Numbered from the whole stretch's first letter, positions 25,574 through 38,722 are shown. The stretch: DNA of 62,549 bases, filler included, from Rhabdomonas costata (GCA_019059605.1; 38 parts of 38 records of this genome joined end to end with filler, not necessarily neighbours in it); one strand, 5' to 3'. The notes: generated from the sequence alone by a model not told the origin. A program made the numbers and translations.

Positions 25574-26450
25574 CTGCAAAACGGGGGAGGCCGCGCGCTT
25601 GTGAACGCCGATGAGTCGGCATGAGGGGGATGGTAAAGTTGCAAACCAGAAAATAAGGTACGCTTCACCGTCAACTCACAGTTGCGACACAACATATGGC
25701 TAGGTTCAAACCCGAATATATCCTTTACCCTTTACAAAACCTTCTCCTCATCCTGTCTCAAATCCATCATCTGCTTCAAAAAACCAACACAAACACGGAA
25801 TCACCCCAAAGGAGATCGCGCCTTTGCGCACTACTCAGTAGCACTCCCTATCTTGCCAATTTTTTGGTCGCCTCTCGGAATCCAGGTTCATGACGGCACA
25901 TGTGACCAGAAAGCCGGCTTTGTAGGGGGAAAAAAGTCTTCGGGGGAAATTTCGGGAAATCTGCACAATGATTTCGAAGTGCTGTCCTTTCAAAGCAGAT
26001 GCCAAGGCCAAAAAATTGGACCTATAATGACTGCCACCAAACCTCAATGGTATCTCGATATTGTATTCCACAATTTCCAGAGGCATCACGTAATTAAACT
26101 TGTACAAAATTATTTACTGTCCTAACCTTGCAAACTCGGAGAAATGTGAGGAAGAGAATCAATGGCAAAAACCCCAAAAGGTATATTCTCAACAGGTATA
26201 CTTAGCAGCCTTTGCCATATGCAGGCCCCGAAAAATCCAACAAGTACACCCCAAGCGCTTGGAAATGCGGCCAAGTTAACAAGAGGACAAAACCAACCNN
26301 NNNNNNNNNNNNNNNNNNNNNNNNNNNNNNNNNNNNNNNNNNTTAATTAATTAANNNNNNNNNNNNNNNNNNNNNNNNNNNNNNNNNNNNNNNNNNNNTT
26401 TGTTGTGTGTCCCTAAACATTGAGAGGGGGGGGGGTTACTCCCAGCCCAC

Positions 26451-27945
26451 CTGGTGTAGCCGAGAAGGTGAGGACCCAGTTGCAGTACGCTGATGACTGG
26501 GAGCGCTCCTCAGCTGGAGTATGCTGCGGGGCTGGGATGCATGCTTTTTTCCAATGATGTGGTGCAGTGTGTACTGCAAACGCACTTGGGATGCGGATGG
26601 ATACGTTTTGTCCATAGTTGAGTTGCATAGGCCTCCGCTAGTTATGCGTATGTCCAAAGTCTTTCGGAAGTTGTGGGGAACGAAAACAATGAGGTCGGTT
26701 GGTAATGCTGCAAATCTGCGAAGGAATAAAGCGATGAGTGCTGTGAAACACAATTTTGGTAGCATTGTTGGTGGTGTTTGATGCGGTGCGGTGAGATGCA
26801 TTTTTTCATGAGGCAGAGGATGCTAAAACGATGTGCTTATTTTACGTATTTCTGAAGGGATGTTTTGCGTGAGGCTAGTTTCTCTTCCCTACCCTCGATG
26901 GGTCATGGGCCATCCGCCTCACCCCCTTCTTTGTCTTCTTCGCCTTGCTGCCTCACGTTACTCTCTCCTGCCTCGCAGAGCTGTAGTCTCCACGAACGAT
27001 GCTGTACGCGGGGCCTTAGGAACCCATACTGGCGCGTTTGAAAAACTCTTCACGGGGCGCCCAACACTCCGCGCGCTCACACAGGCAGTGTTTTTTAAGA
27101 GACAAACGATAAAACCAAAATCAAGCGACATAATCGCACACGCCTTCGCTTCTGCTCCCTCGCCCTCGCCGCGGTGTCTTCCGCGCGTAGGAGGGCACTG
27201 ATCTGCCCCTCCGTCAGGGGCAACTCCACCACAGCACTAGACGGAAAGATGCTCGGCGAGGGCAGCACCGAGGGCCGCGAGGGTGCCCCCACCACAGTCA
27301 CCTGTGGGAGGGAATCCAACATCCCGAGAACCCATCAAATCAATATCCATCTTGCATGCAGCGAAGCAGGGTCCTCTTTGTGCACGTTACGTTCCCCACA
27401 ATGTCTGAACGGAGGGACGCGGAGCTGAAGATGCGGCGTATCAATAGGGGATACAGGCAATCCAAAAAAGGGATAAAGGCGCACCTAACGGACGACGGGG
27501 TCAATGGTTAGCAGCATTACCTACCACCTGGTATCGGATAACCCCCCGCACCAAATGTCAAGTGCAAGATATAGGTGGAAAAAGTAACGAGCCACTTTGA
27601 GAGATAAAAATGGCACCTGTTTTTGAACTTTCAACGAAAAAGGACGTGAAATAAAGCTAAATCTTGGGAGGCGTTTTACATTTAAACGTTTAGCCGTTCA
27701 GCGTTTGGCAGCGCTAGGGGGTAGGTAAACTGTGCCAAAGCACCCCTAGACTACGCTTTAAAAAATAAGAGGGCTTGGACTGCTTAACTCGAAACTGCTT
27801 ACCGGTTTAAAGGGCATGGGGTGGGAGGGATAAACCGTTGAAGAGGTCGAGGTCGAAATCTGCTGCAGCTCCGCATCCGTGAGCGGAGGGAGGGGACCCA
27901 GACTGTCGGGAAAGATACTTGGAGAGATCGACGCAGCACCCACCC
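26451..27945 (-). CDS. Hypothetical protein, partial; exons 27945-27803, 27301-27142, 26513-26451
   Basis: GT-AG bounded GC-rich exons join in phase. The first two carry a similar motif (PSIFPDSLGPLPPLTDAELQQI / PSIFPSSAVVELPLTEGQISAL). Confidence 0.55.
26600..26790 (-). mobile_element. Possible decayed pogo/DDE_1 fragment inside an intron
   Basis: CVSQHSS and, after a frameshift, DLIVFVPHNFRKTLDIRI resemble DxxSxH...VFVPxNxTxxLQPLD. Confidence 0.3.
27518..27727. mobile_element. Candidate MITE (~206 bp) with imperfect TIRs and TA target duplication, intronic
   Basis: Left TA|cctaccacctgg (from 27520) and right ctagggggtagg|TA (to 27725). Internal 27682-27716 matches 55864-55898 at 28 of 35 positions. 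Confidence 0.5.
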
Positions 27946-30900
27946 NNNNNNNNNNNNNNNNNNNNNNNNNNNNNNNNNNNNNNNNNNNNTTAATTAATTA
28001 ANNNNNNNNNNNNNNNNNNNNNNNNNNNNNNNNNNNNNNNNNNNNAAAGAAATTCGACCCAGACTGCTGCCAGGTCCAGCGAAACAGCAAAAACGTCCAC
28101 AAAACTCTCACCACAGCAGATGCAGCGGCGAAACTCGGTGCACAACTTTACCTGCAGTTCATGGGAACCACCGCCACAAAAAAAAAAGGCACAAAAGAAA
28201 CGGCGGCCGGCACACCCTCAACTACCTAAGACATGAAACAAATATGGCACAAGCGAGTGCACATCGCATCTCCCACAGCGAAAGAGTAAGCAAAAGGGAA
28301 GAGGAGGGACACAGTCACGTGCGGTGGGAGCGGGACACCCCGATACTCACCCACACAGGCTCGTCCATGAACACAGCCAGTGTGGGGCATGTGCATTTTT
28401 GACACATCTGAAACTCCCCTTCCCTTCCCTTCCCTTCCCGACCTATATCGCCCACACGCGAAGCCAAGAAGAAATTGAGCCAACTTCTTTCTTCCCCTTT
28501 CAGGGCAACACCCACACAAAGAACAACAACCGCAGCGGACGATGGTGGCAGGGGGGGGGGCAGCAAGTCTTGTACATGGCAAAAAGGCGCCATGAGAACG
28601 CCAAGGAGGAAAACGACAAGCGCAAACACGTACACGCCACACACACAAGGCACCAGAACGACAGTGGCCAGAAACAGCCCATTACCTCACGGTTAGTCTG
28701 CCGCATTCTCCCTCTATCTCTCTTTAGCAGCAGCCGCAGCAGCATTCTAGGCACTTCAAGCTGTGCTCACAGCATTCGGCATCGCAGCAGTCACAGCAGC
28801 CGCAGTGGCCCGATTCTGAAGAGAACACAAATGATGATGGGCCTTCCTAAACAATGACGCGGTGACCGCAAATTACAGTTGCATTAAGTATATGTCTGAC
28901 GGGCACGTATTTCACTTTCCGATTTACTCGCCCTAGATCTCCAACTCGTTTTCTTCTTTGACTTAGGGACAGTTAGGGACAGCGCCAAAGGGAAAGGAGT
29001 CTCTGCCCTGGGTCCACAGTACCACACAGCCTTCACCCTTCAGCTGTCCCTGACTCGAATAAAAGTTTCAAAATGGTTATGAGGCACACAGAGTGAACGT
29101 TTTGCAAGAAAGCGCCCACTGTACTCTGCTTGATTTCCTCGGGGGGCATACACAGCTTCAAACATGCCAAACACAAGACAAGTTTTCAAACTCATCACAA
29201 CGCAATTTTCCGCGCTGAGAATTGTTAGCAGCTCCTTTGCTTCAAGTGCAGATTTGATGTTTCATTGACAAGTATGAGACGTTTGCTGAAAGTGAAAGCC
29301 TGGAACCCAACCACGCAATATAAAAGTGGAAGGGGGGGGGGGCAGAGGCGCTCCACCAAAAACTGCTCCCAAGCCGCTCCCGACAGCGTGCATCGCACCC
29401 TCCACCGCACTGTTGGCCGTAGTGCCAAGCGCATCACCTAGAGACGCAACCGGAAGTTGGCGTCAACATCTCACATAACTCTTTCCAAACTGATCACCTC
29501 ATCACTTACTCCAGTATAGTATGAATCCACGCTGCTTTTGCCAACAAAAACCCCAGAGTGTCCCACTATTCCACACACTGACTGCCTTTTCTTNNNNNNN
29601 NNNNNNNNNNNNNNNNNNNNNNNNNNNNNNNNNNNNNTTAATTAATTAANNNNNNNNNNNNNNNNNNNNNNNNNNNNNNNNNNNNNNNNNNNNGTGGTGT
29701 GTTAACGGGCAGACGGTGGACGTGCGGTTTGGCACCCAGCCCCGATCGTAGATGGCAGTGGGGTCAAATCCCTCGACGTTTCTTTTTCAAAATGCTTTAG
29801 CCACCACCCTTTCTTTCCCTTCTCTCTTCCATTGATTCAGTCTCTCTCTTTTCCCTAAGGCCCGCAAATCAAGTGTATTTTTTTCGGGCATTTCTTGCGG
29901 GAACAGGCTCGGCTTTGCACGCTTGTGTCGGAGCAGTGTGGTCAATGGGGCGCATTTTGGCTTGGGCGAGTTTACCGGGAAATGTTGATTGGTTTCTAAT
30001 TGCTGTGAAAGGGCATTAACTCTTTCGTGCATATGGAAGAGAGTGGATGGAAATTTTACCCGGTACATCAAATCTTTCGCGAAGGGCGACCCAGACAACC
30101 GGTCGCCTGGCACTACCGGTGTTTCCTAGACTAAAACTTTGGGCCATCGAGCAGTACTGAAGCTCCCAACGCCCCCCCTCCCCCACTGTTTGGCCTGGTG
30201 GCACGCAACGACGACACCCTTACGGTGCACGGCAAAGACGATACGGGTAACCCTCACAGCCCTGGAGCGAGCCCCCTCAGCTCTCAGCTGGATGCACCAC
30301 CCCCTACCCCGAGTTGCTCGAGTGAAGAGCCCAGCTGCCCAAGAGCTTCAGCATCTTCAGTGGTCAGCCGTCAAAGCGGGACTTGCGTGTTTGTACTGGG
30401 GTGCACCTTGAGACCCCAAATTCTCGTTTGGATGAATTTGAGGAGATACGGTTAAGAGTAGCGTTACGGAATACTGAAAACCACCAATCGCTAATTACGC
30501 GGTGTCCGTTCGCACCCAATCACCTCGGCCGACACCGCTGTTTCCGATACAATGCTCAACAGGAAAAATCTGTCAGATCAGCACGAGAAAGCATCACAGG
30601 CGGCACAGGCACTGTGAGCGCCCAAAGTAACCCGAAAGACATTTGTCAACAAACCAATGCGTCTGTGTGCGTGTGTTTGGATGCAATACATTGAATGATA
30701 ATGTTGGAGAAGGAAGAGCGAAAGAGAAACGCCAAAATAGCAGTGCGGGGCCACGTAAGGGACTACGGGCGGTGTGGGGACGAGCGGGACAGGGGGTAAG
30801 AAGATGTGACGCAGGTAGAAGAACATAACCATAACATAGGTCGTCGCAGAAACCCACCATGACGTGCACAATCAAAAGGAGAGGGAAGACAGCTGCCGCG

Positions 30901-32989
30901 CCGCGAACAACCGATATCCACCGCAACTGTCAAGGGACATGCCCGCGCAATCGAACTCAAGACTATTGACGCAACGCCCTCCTGCAGCCTCACAAAAAAC
31001 AACCATGTGGAATGGGTTTTGAGCCTTCTGAAACCGTTAGCAGAAGCCACAGCGGAACTCAGATCATTTCAAGGGCCTCTGACACAGCCCAGATCAGTGG
31101 TGGTGCACAATGGATCGCTTGATATCCAAGGGACTGCTGCGGATCCATTCCGATCGCTCGCACCTGAGCAAAAGGTTACTCCTGACGGCGTGCCAGGTTG
31201 AGGCAGAACAACCCGACCAGACCCTGATGACAACCAACAAANNNNNNNNNNNNNNNNNNNNNNNNNNNNNNNNNNNNNNNNNNNNTTAATTAATTAANNN
31301 NNNNNNNNNNNNNNNNNNNNNNNNNNNNNNNNNNNNNNNNNTTTGTGGTGGGGCAGATGCCCGACAAACACATGCAAGCTACGGCACGTTGTCGACTGGC
31401 TTTCTCTTTTTTTTTCTGTTCCAGGAGGCAGTTAAACCAGTAAATAAATAACAACAACAAAATGTTGGCTATTTGGTCCTGTTTGTGACTGTGACCTTGA
31501 CTTTGAGCTGGTCGCGCTGACTGTTTCTGACTGTGACCTTGACTTGAACTTCCACGACCCCACATTGAACTGTGAGCTGTCCCATTTGAACTTTGAACTT
31601 TGTCCCAGAGGTAATTGGGCACATTTTTCGGATTTGGCTTTTTTTTTCTTCCTTTTCATTCACAATGCAGCTCTTGATTGTTGTTTTGCTTTCCCTATTT
31701 TTCTATGGTGGAGGAGTCGCAGTCCTCAACCACAGCCACACAGGCGCTCTCTGTTCGACGTTTTGAGGTTTCCATGCAGCTTGGAACTGGGGGGACATTA
31801 GGCAGAAAGTGAGGATTCAAAAGATGGTGAAAATTCTGTGTTTTGGACCATTCAGTCCTGTTTTTTTTTTGGAGGGGGATTGATGGTACTCGTTAGTCCT
31901 CGTTAGTCGTTAGTCGGGGATGAAAAGTGCAAGTGCTTATTCAGGTTTTATGCAAATCGGGCCGGGGCGGGTTCTTCTCTACATTAGAATCCGGCTGGCT
32001 GTCTTGGAATAGGAAGGACCGCGTTTAGTATTCTGGGGGACCTCTAGCTGTGTGTTTCTTTGTGCTCGCAGTCTCCGCACCCTCGTTGTACACTGATTCG
32101 TCCCCATGCTTATCACTCGCTGGCTGTCATTAAATTTTATCAGGGTTCTTTTTGCTCAGGCCCGGGGGCTGAATTTTTCAAAGTGGCTCCGTTCCATTTG
32201 GACAGAGTCTTATCCACAGTCCCTACCGTAACCGTTTAATGAACAACAACATTGGATCTGGGATCGAAGTGGCTCCATTATTTGACCATCGTTTTGTCCT
32301 GACTCTCGGAGTGATCCCTAGAGACCCTCGTTGACCCTTTTTTCGAACCATTTTTCTTCACGAAAAATCTGAGCAGACCCTTTATTAGTGCGATCCATTC
32401 TTGATACCTTCGGTACTTCGCACTTTTTTCATTGCCTTTCTTTTGATATTCACTTTTAGAAAATCAGGTGTTGGCGTTCATGACGTTGCTGAAGAACTTC
32501 CATCCGTGGCGCCTCCACCAGTTCGACCTCCACCTTCTCAAGAGCGTCCTTCCATGTGTTCACCCGAAGATGGAATGCTTGCCCTTCTGAGGTTTGCATC
32601 ATTCGTCAGTCCAGTCGCCTTTTTGCCCTCACTGTGGGCCAACTTTGGTTTGGGTGATTGGGACACTGTACAACTTGTACGGGTATCTGCCGGAACGCCG
32701 CCCAATCTTTGTAGAAGGCGCTATATGACGTTTCCACAGTTCCCCGGCAAGGTTGTATATGATTGCGTGCGAAAGAAAACGACGGAGAAGGGGGAAAACG
32801 AGGGGAAAAGCAAAGAAATCCTTTTTTCCGCCCCGCCATAGCGCCTTCACCTCCTTCTGTGCCATCGGTGCTGCCGTTACCCCCACCCANNNNNNNNNNN
32901 NNNNNNNNNNNNNNNNNNNNNNNNNNNNNNNNNTTAATTAATTAANNNNNNNNNNNNNNNNNNNNNNNNNNNNNNNNNNNNNNNNNNNN

Positions 32990-34363
32990 GGGTGGTTGTG
33001 TGCGTCTCTGTGACCTGAACTGGGGTTACCACCCATGTCCAGGTGACGAGCTGCGCAGAAAGAAAGGCCATAAAGCTGGTTCCTGTCAGTGAGGGCTTCA
33101 CCTCCACTGTACCGGAGAAGGAGACGTGGCTCGGGGCAGTCACCAAAAGGTCATAGGTGGAGGGGCTCAGGTCGTAGAAGTTGGCCTTCCCGAAAGCATC
33201 AGAGAAGGTGCTGTTCCGGAATCCCAGAAAGGCGTTTGAAAGGGTAACCAGGGCGTTGGAAACCCCTGACTGGTTGAGGTACACAGAGACCTGATCGTAC
33301 ACCGTCACAGACAAGGAAGTGCGAAGCTCCGAAATGACTTTCACCTGGAAGGGAACAGAGATATATGCTCCGGTGCGGGAAGTCTGAACAAGAACTGAAA
33401 AGGAAAGAAGGGACCCCAAAGGGTGGTCATTTGGAAGTGTCAATGAGAGCTCCACCGCGAAGGGGAGGAACGACGTCTGGCTGGGGGTCAGCAAGGACAA
33501 CAAGTCGGACTGTGGCAGTGTAACCATTACCATCCCTGGAGGCTTGCCACCCCCATCCGCCACAAAGAATTGAAGAACAGAGGTCTGTCCTGGGGCGGCG
33601 ATGGCGGAAATGCTGGAGGGCTGGCAGAGCAAAATGGGCACCCATGGAGTGAAGGCGATGCTCACAGGGATGTACTGAGGCTGAAGCTGTGGCGAGGAAA
33701 TTCCCACGTAAGCAATCCCAGAGTGCCCGGGAAAAAGGAAAGTAATATCTACCGGAGCGGACTCTCCGGGCAAAAGGACCTGAGGGGTCGTGAGGTTCAC
33801 GAAGGGCCCGCTGGACGGAAAAATGGACAGATTGGCCAGAACGTTGTCCCCATTGTTGGTGAGCCAGAACACATTGGACACATCCGTGGAGGTGTCCTTT
33901 CCCGAGAGTGTCACGCTCGGGTAGGGGGGAGAGACGCTGACCGCACTCACCACAATGCCGAATTGGCGCGTGCAGAGGGTCATCCCAGGATGACACAGCG
34001 CCACATCCAGGGCTCCAGCAGAGGTCAGCGCAGATGGAAAACTGTACTCAAAGGTGGTCGCAGAAGTCTCAATTGCCTCCGCTTGCATGGCCAGCCCAAT
34101 ACTGCCCCTCCACCACCGGACGCTAGCTGGCATCGAGAGCGGCAGGGGAAGCCCCGTGGAGATCGGGACCACCTCACCCCGAATGGTGGGAAGAGCACCA
34201 GGGAAGCTGTGCGGCCCAGGAGTAACTGAGATCAGCCGTACCGTGTAGGACATCCGCACCAAAAGCTGCACCGTCAGGGTCGCGGTGCCCAAAGCATTGG
34301 AAACTTGCACAACAACCACATAGGGACGGTCAGATCCCGAGGGCTGAGGCCATGTCAAGTTGC
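32990..34363 (-). CDS. Large Ig-like / carboxypeptidase-regulatory-like domain surface protein, long internal exon
   Basis: About 458 open codons after a tttgcag acceptor, made of beta-strand-rich modules (LTNNGDNVLANL, VSNALVTL...SDAFGKANFYDLSPSTYDLLVTAPSH) and ending AFLSAQLVTWTWVVTP. Confidence 0.8.
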
Positions 34364-34810
34364 CTGCAAAGTGCCGGCAAACATGACGCACTAAAAACAG
34401 GTCAAACGACGAAACCGACTGTGGCGCGAAACAAGACTGAACAAAAAGAAAAACCGAGCACGTGGGGCTTTTCGAGTCCTACGTGCTAAGGGCAAGTCAA
34501 ATTTAAACAATTGAACAGAATTCAAATACCCAACACANNNNNNNNNNNNNNNNNNNNNNNNNNNNNNNNNNNNNNNNNNNNTTAATTAATTAANNNNNNN
34601 NNNNNNNNNNNNNNNNNNNNNNNNNNNNNNNNNNNNNGTTGGTGTGGACAACGTTACGGGGGTGGGGGGGTGCACGCCCTTTGAAAAGAATCGGACCAAG
34701 CTTTCCAGCACACAATCCCATCCCGCTTCCTGTCACCCTCGTCTCCTCCAGGACTGCAGCTGAGGAGGACTTGGCACCCTTGAAATGGGCTGGGGTGTAC
34801 TTCAGCGGGC

Positions 34811-35643
34811 CCAGGTACTCGAGCACCACTGCAAGACACGCCGTAAAGTCAAATAAACAGTCACACACAACAAGACCAGGAACAAGCCAACAAGCAGCGT
34901 AACAGCTCACGTTCAGCACGGCATAGGCCCCTAGCCACCACGCACACCTCCCAAAGTTCCCGAGGTCCAAGTTAACCTCGCCCCAATGTGGCAACTGGAA
35001 AGTCACGATTGCATGCCCTTTATGCACTTAGGGGTGAAACGATGCAATATACACGACCCAAAAGCAGAGAAAGGTTATAGGGTACATATAGGGTATGCAC
35101 AGGAGTACAAACTAAATTCCTTCCGATGCCAGTGTGCGGGCAGTTGACTTGAATACATGAGGGGAAGAAATAGGGTGAGTGGGGTGTCATCTAGCCCCAC
35201 CAACAGTGGAATAGGAATACGCATTTCTTTTGCCGGTTTGGCAAAAAGAAGAGAAGAGGCAGTGAATTTAACTTTGTGGTTCAGAAATGTTCAGGGAATA
35301 CACCAAAAATGTGGGTCCCGGTCTGCATCAGGTCGTAGATCCGCATCACGTTGGGGTGCCTCAGCTGCTTCAGGATGGAGATTTCTCGCTCCAGTCTCTG
35401 GCGAGCACCTGGCTTGGCCTCCAGAAGCGCCTTCCGCACTATCTTTACCGCAGCGGTGCGGCGAGTGCTTTGGTGCACACACAGCTTGACTTTCCCCGTA
35501 GTGCCCTTTCCCAGCGTTGGGCCCAAGAGGTATGGCCCCACAAACATCCCTTCACGACGGCTACCACCCCCTCGGCCTGCACCGGCAGAGCCCGCGGCAG
35601 CGTCCTCCGGGTTGGGAGGGGGTGTCGGGCTGTCCATGGCCAT
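34811..35643 (-). CDS. CAMKL Ser/Thr kinase, BRSK/SAD/Gin4-like, 5' part; exons 35643-35304, 34828-~34811
   Basis: VGPYLLGPTLGKGTTGKVKL, AAVKIV, LEREISILKQLRHPNVMRIYD...HIF|VVLEYL cover kinase subdomains I-V. The GKGxTGxVKL loop is typical of BRSK-like kinases. Confidence 0.9.
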
Positions 35644-36346
35644 CGTGTGCAATTGTGTATGCACTCGTTTTGAAAGAGAAGGGGTGGGGTGAATTCGCTG
35701 CCTTCTGGAAACCTATCACGTTACAAAACTTGACAAAAAGTCGCTGGAACGAAAAGAGAAAACGAGAAAGAGGTCTTGCTGGTTTGCAGGTGGACCAGGT
35801 GGGAAGGGCAATGGGGACGCGAAGCACTGCAACAGGTCCCACCCAATCGGGTGTGTGACTCCATTTTAAGAAGACCAAGCCCCACAATTTCCAATACCAA
35901 ACTAGGAATTTGCATGGAGATATTAAATGCTCTGCGCAATTAATCGCCAACAATAGGCCGCAAGTTGATGGATCAGTTTTCAGCCGAAGTCCCGAAGAGA
36001 AATCCACCCGTCCGCTTTCAGCTTTCATCATGACTAGAGAAAATCTGTTCGATGAAAAAGTGTCGCATTTAAAAACACTCACTCTATACTGTCCAGTCTG
36101 AGATGATTCTTTAGTAGCCATGCATTTGCAGGGTCCGAACTCAAAGGCTCACCTATCTGCACAAACCCCACAAAACACACACAACNNNNNNNNNNNNNNN
36201 NNNNNNNNNNNNNNNNNNNNNNNNNNNNNTTAATTAATTAANNNNNNNNNNNNNNNNNNNNNNNNNNNNNNNNNNNNNNNNNNNNATCCATACACGACAC
36301 CAAGGACGGCAGTTGCAGCCCAAATGAGAGCTGACGGGAGGCACAC

Positions 36347-36490
36347 CCGCTGCTCGAAAGCAGGCTTGGCCAGGATGCACTCGTTGCCGTCGATCACGAA
36401 CTTCTTCAGCCGGTGCGAAAGCACGCCCTCCGCGACGTGCACCCCGAACTGCTCCGCGATCTTCGTCCACAGCGGGGGGATGTCGTTGTT
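36347..36490 (-). CDS. PA2G4: Proliferation-associated protein 2G4 / EBP1 (M24 fold), internal exon
   Basis: NNDIPPLWTKIAEQFGVHVAEGVLSHRLKKFVIDGNECILAKPAFEQR contains the diagnostic EGVLSHxLKxFVIDG motif. CAG/GT borders. Confidence 0.88.
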
Positions 36491-38552
36491 CTGCGCGTGT
36501 GTCCCCGAAGTGGGATGCTCATGCTGCCCTCCCCATATAATGTGGACGGTGGAAACCCTGTGAACGACTTTAGGATGCGCGCTGCTCGTGCCCGTGCCCG
36601 TGCCCGCGCTGCACACTCGTGCCCCGGTTGCTTCTTTAATGCAAAAAGCTATAAAAAAACCTCCAAGCTGAGCAAACTCGGGTGGTGTGAAACCCGTCTA
36701 AGAAAAATAGATCAATGACACCAATCAAAGAAGTTCCCGTTCATCTTTGAGAGATCGGTAAAAAAAAAAGGTTATTCAAATAATGGTTCAACTTCGACGC
36801 TGATCAATTGATCATTGTACTGATCCATCATAGTACTCTTGGTAGACGGAATGAGATGGTTTACAGAAGGAATTAGATGGAATGACAAAGGGTTTTTGTG
36901 GACAGGTTTGGACAATTTTGAAGACACGAACTCACACACCAACCCCATTTAGCGCCATTTAGACCAAAACGTGCAGAGTGGGGAGCGGCATAAATGTAGC
37001 CTTCTCCGAACATGAAGGTTGAGTCTCAAAACGCTGACTACTGCATCAATTTCCAGCCAACGTCCGTGCTCCCTAGTGAAGGTAAAAAGAATATGTTTGA
37101 AGAATGGGACGCGCCCTAGCAACACAGAGAGCAGATGTAAGCAACCGCATGGAGAAAAATACAGGGAAGTAAATCACATCCGTGCATGGGAGCAAGCTAC
37201 ATCAGTGCAGCATTTTGTCAGCGCCATCGTCTTTTTGTCGTCGCTATCGTCTTTTTGCGTTTCGATGAGGAACGTCCTGTGACGACACGTTTGGAATTTT
37301 GGTGTTCGTATCCGGATGACATTTTGACGAGCCTCAATGTTTTGGAAATCATCGCGAACGTGATGAAATTTACTCGCTTTTTGGAGTAGGACTTAAAATA
37401 GGTGTTTTGATCATGGCTTATAATTTCTAGTTAATTGACTCGAGGATGAAGTGTGACTTCGTACTGATTGGTCAATTTTTATTTCGCAAGCAGTTTGTCA
37501 ATCAGGGGAATGCTGGCTGAGGACCTACCCCTCGCTGGACTTGCACACACAATGGGACAGAATTATTTGAAGGCGGAGGCGCGTCAGCGCGGCGTTCGAG
37601 CCGCGTCAGCGGCGAGGCCAGTCCGGGGCGTGGGGGTGGCTGGCATGTTCAGCTTGTACGTCCGCGCTCGGTCGATATATTTAAGCGTGCAATGCTTCCG
37701 CGCTTCAATCCACCCTCTGCGTCCATAGAGGGCACAACATCCCTAGAGAGAAATCCCGAGAAAAAAAAGAAAAAAAGAAAAAAAGAAAAAAAGCGTTAAG
37801 GCTAAATGGCTAATGGCTTATACACCACCCCCCNNNNNNNNNNNNNNNNNNNNNNNNNNNNNNNNNNNNNNNNNNNNTTAATTAATTAANNNNNNNNNNN
37901 NNNNNNNNNNNNNNNNNNNNNNNNNNNNNNNNNGTGAGCAGTTGGGGTAATTGCGAATTAACACCAGTATTCCTGACTGTGGAGATGATCATGATTAGCA
38001 GTTGCCTTGTACTGATCCCGGTTCAATCACTCGCCGTGGCAGTGCGGTTCAAGGGCAGCTTCTGGTGTGGGGACGTGCAACCACTGTGTGATTCAGAAGG
38101 AATACCACCGATCCTGACGAGGGGGCTAGGGGCTAGGGTCAATTCCAGCGGTTTGAGCTTCATAAACGGCAGTCACCGCTGACCCGGCAACAGCTGGTGA
38201 TGCATTGGTTACGGTTAAGGTTTTGTTGAGTTATTCCACTGTACTCCGATGTTTTTTGCAATACCAAAGTGTTTTGTATCTTGGGAAGTATGGGGTCGCG
38301 ATAATCGAGATTATTAGCAGAGAGGGATCATTTTTATGGGTTTGGGGCACAGAGATTGGGTTGAATCCTGATACTTGCTGAGGTCACCAGTGATAATTCC
38401 CGTCGAGTCCTCTCCAGAGTCACTTCACATTGCCCTCTCCTGTGATGATTACTGTGCTCCTATATGCACCCTCACACCCGCACGCTCATGGAGTATTCTT
38501 GCCCTGCTTGTTCCTCTTTCAGAGTTTCGTTTCCGCAACCCCGTGTGGAGGG

Positions 38553-38722
38553 ATGGCTGACATCTCAGGTGCAGCCGAGGCTCGTGAGCTCCCCCACGAG
38601 TTTTTGTGCCCGATCTCTTTGTGTATAATGGAGGACCCTGTGCGCGACCCCTTGGGGCACACCTTTGACCGCGCCTTCATCGCGGCGTGGCTGCAGCAGA
38701 AAGACTCCTGCCCCTTGGGCAG
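38553..38722 (+). CDS. U-box domain protein, first exon
   Basis: MADISGAAEARELPHEFLCPISLCIMEDPVRDPLGHTFDRAFIAAWLQQKDSCPLGR|GT matches the U-box consensus. Confidence 0.92.

Noticed and set aside
29950..31100. hAT-like helices (KFPSTLFHMHERVNALSQQLE on minus; WVLSLLKPLAEATAEL on plus)
   Set aside because: Isolated short matches on opposite strands; possible remnants but not supportable by eye.
31480..31605. tgactgtgaccttgactt direct repeats and tttgaac repeats giving an SR-like ORF
   Set aside because: A short low-complexity duplication; no evidence for coding or for a defined element.
37186..37389. SYPDDIL as an RT YxDD motif
   Set aside because: No flanking RT motifs; likely chance or too decayed to call.
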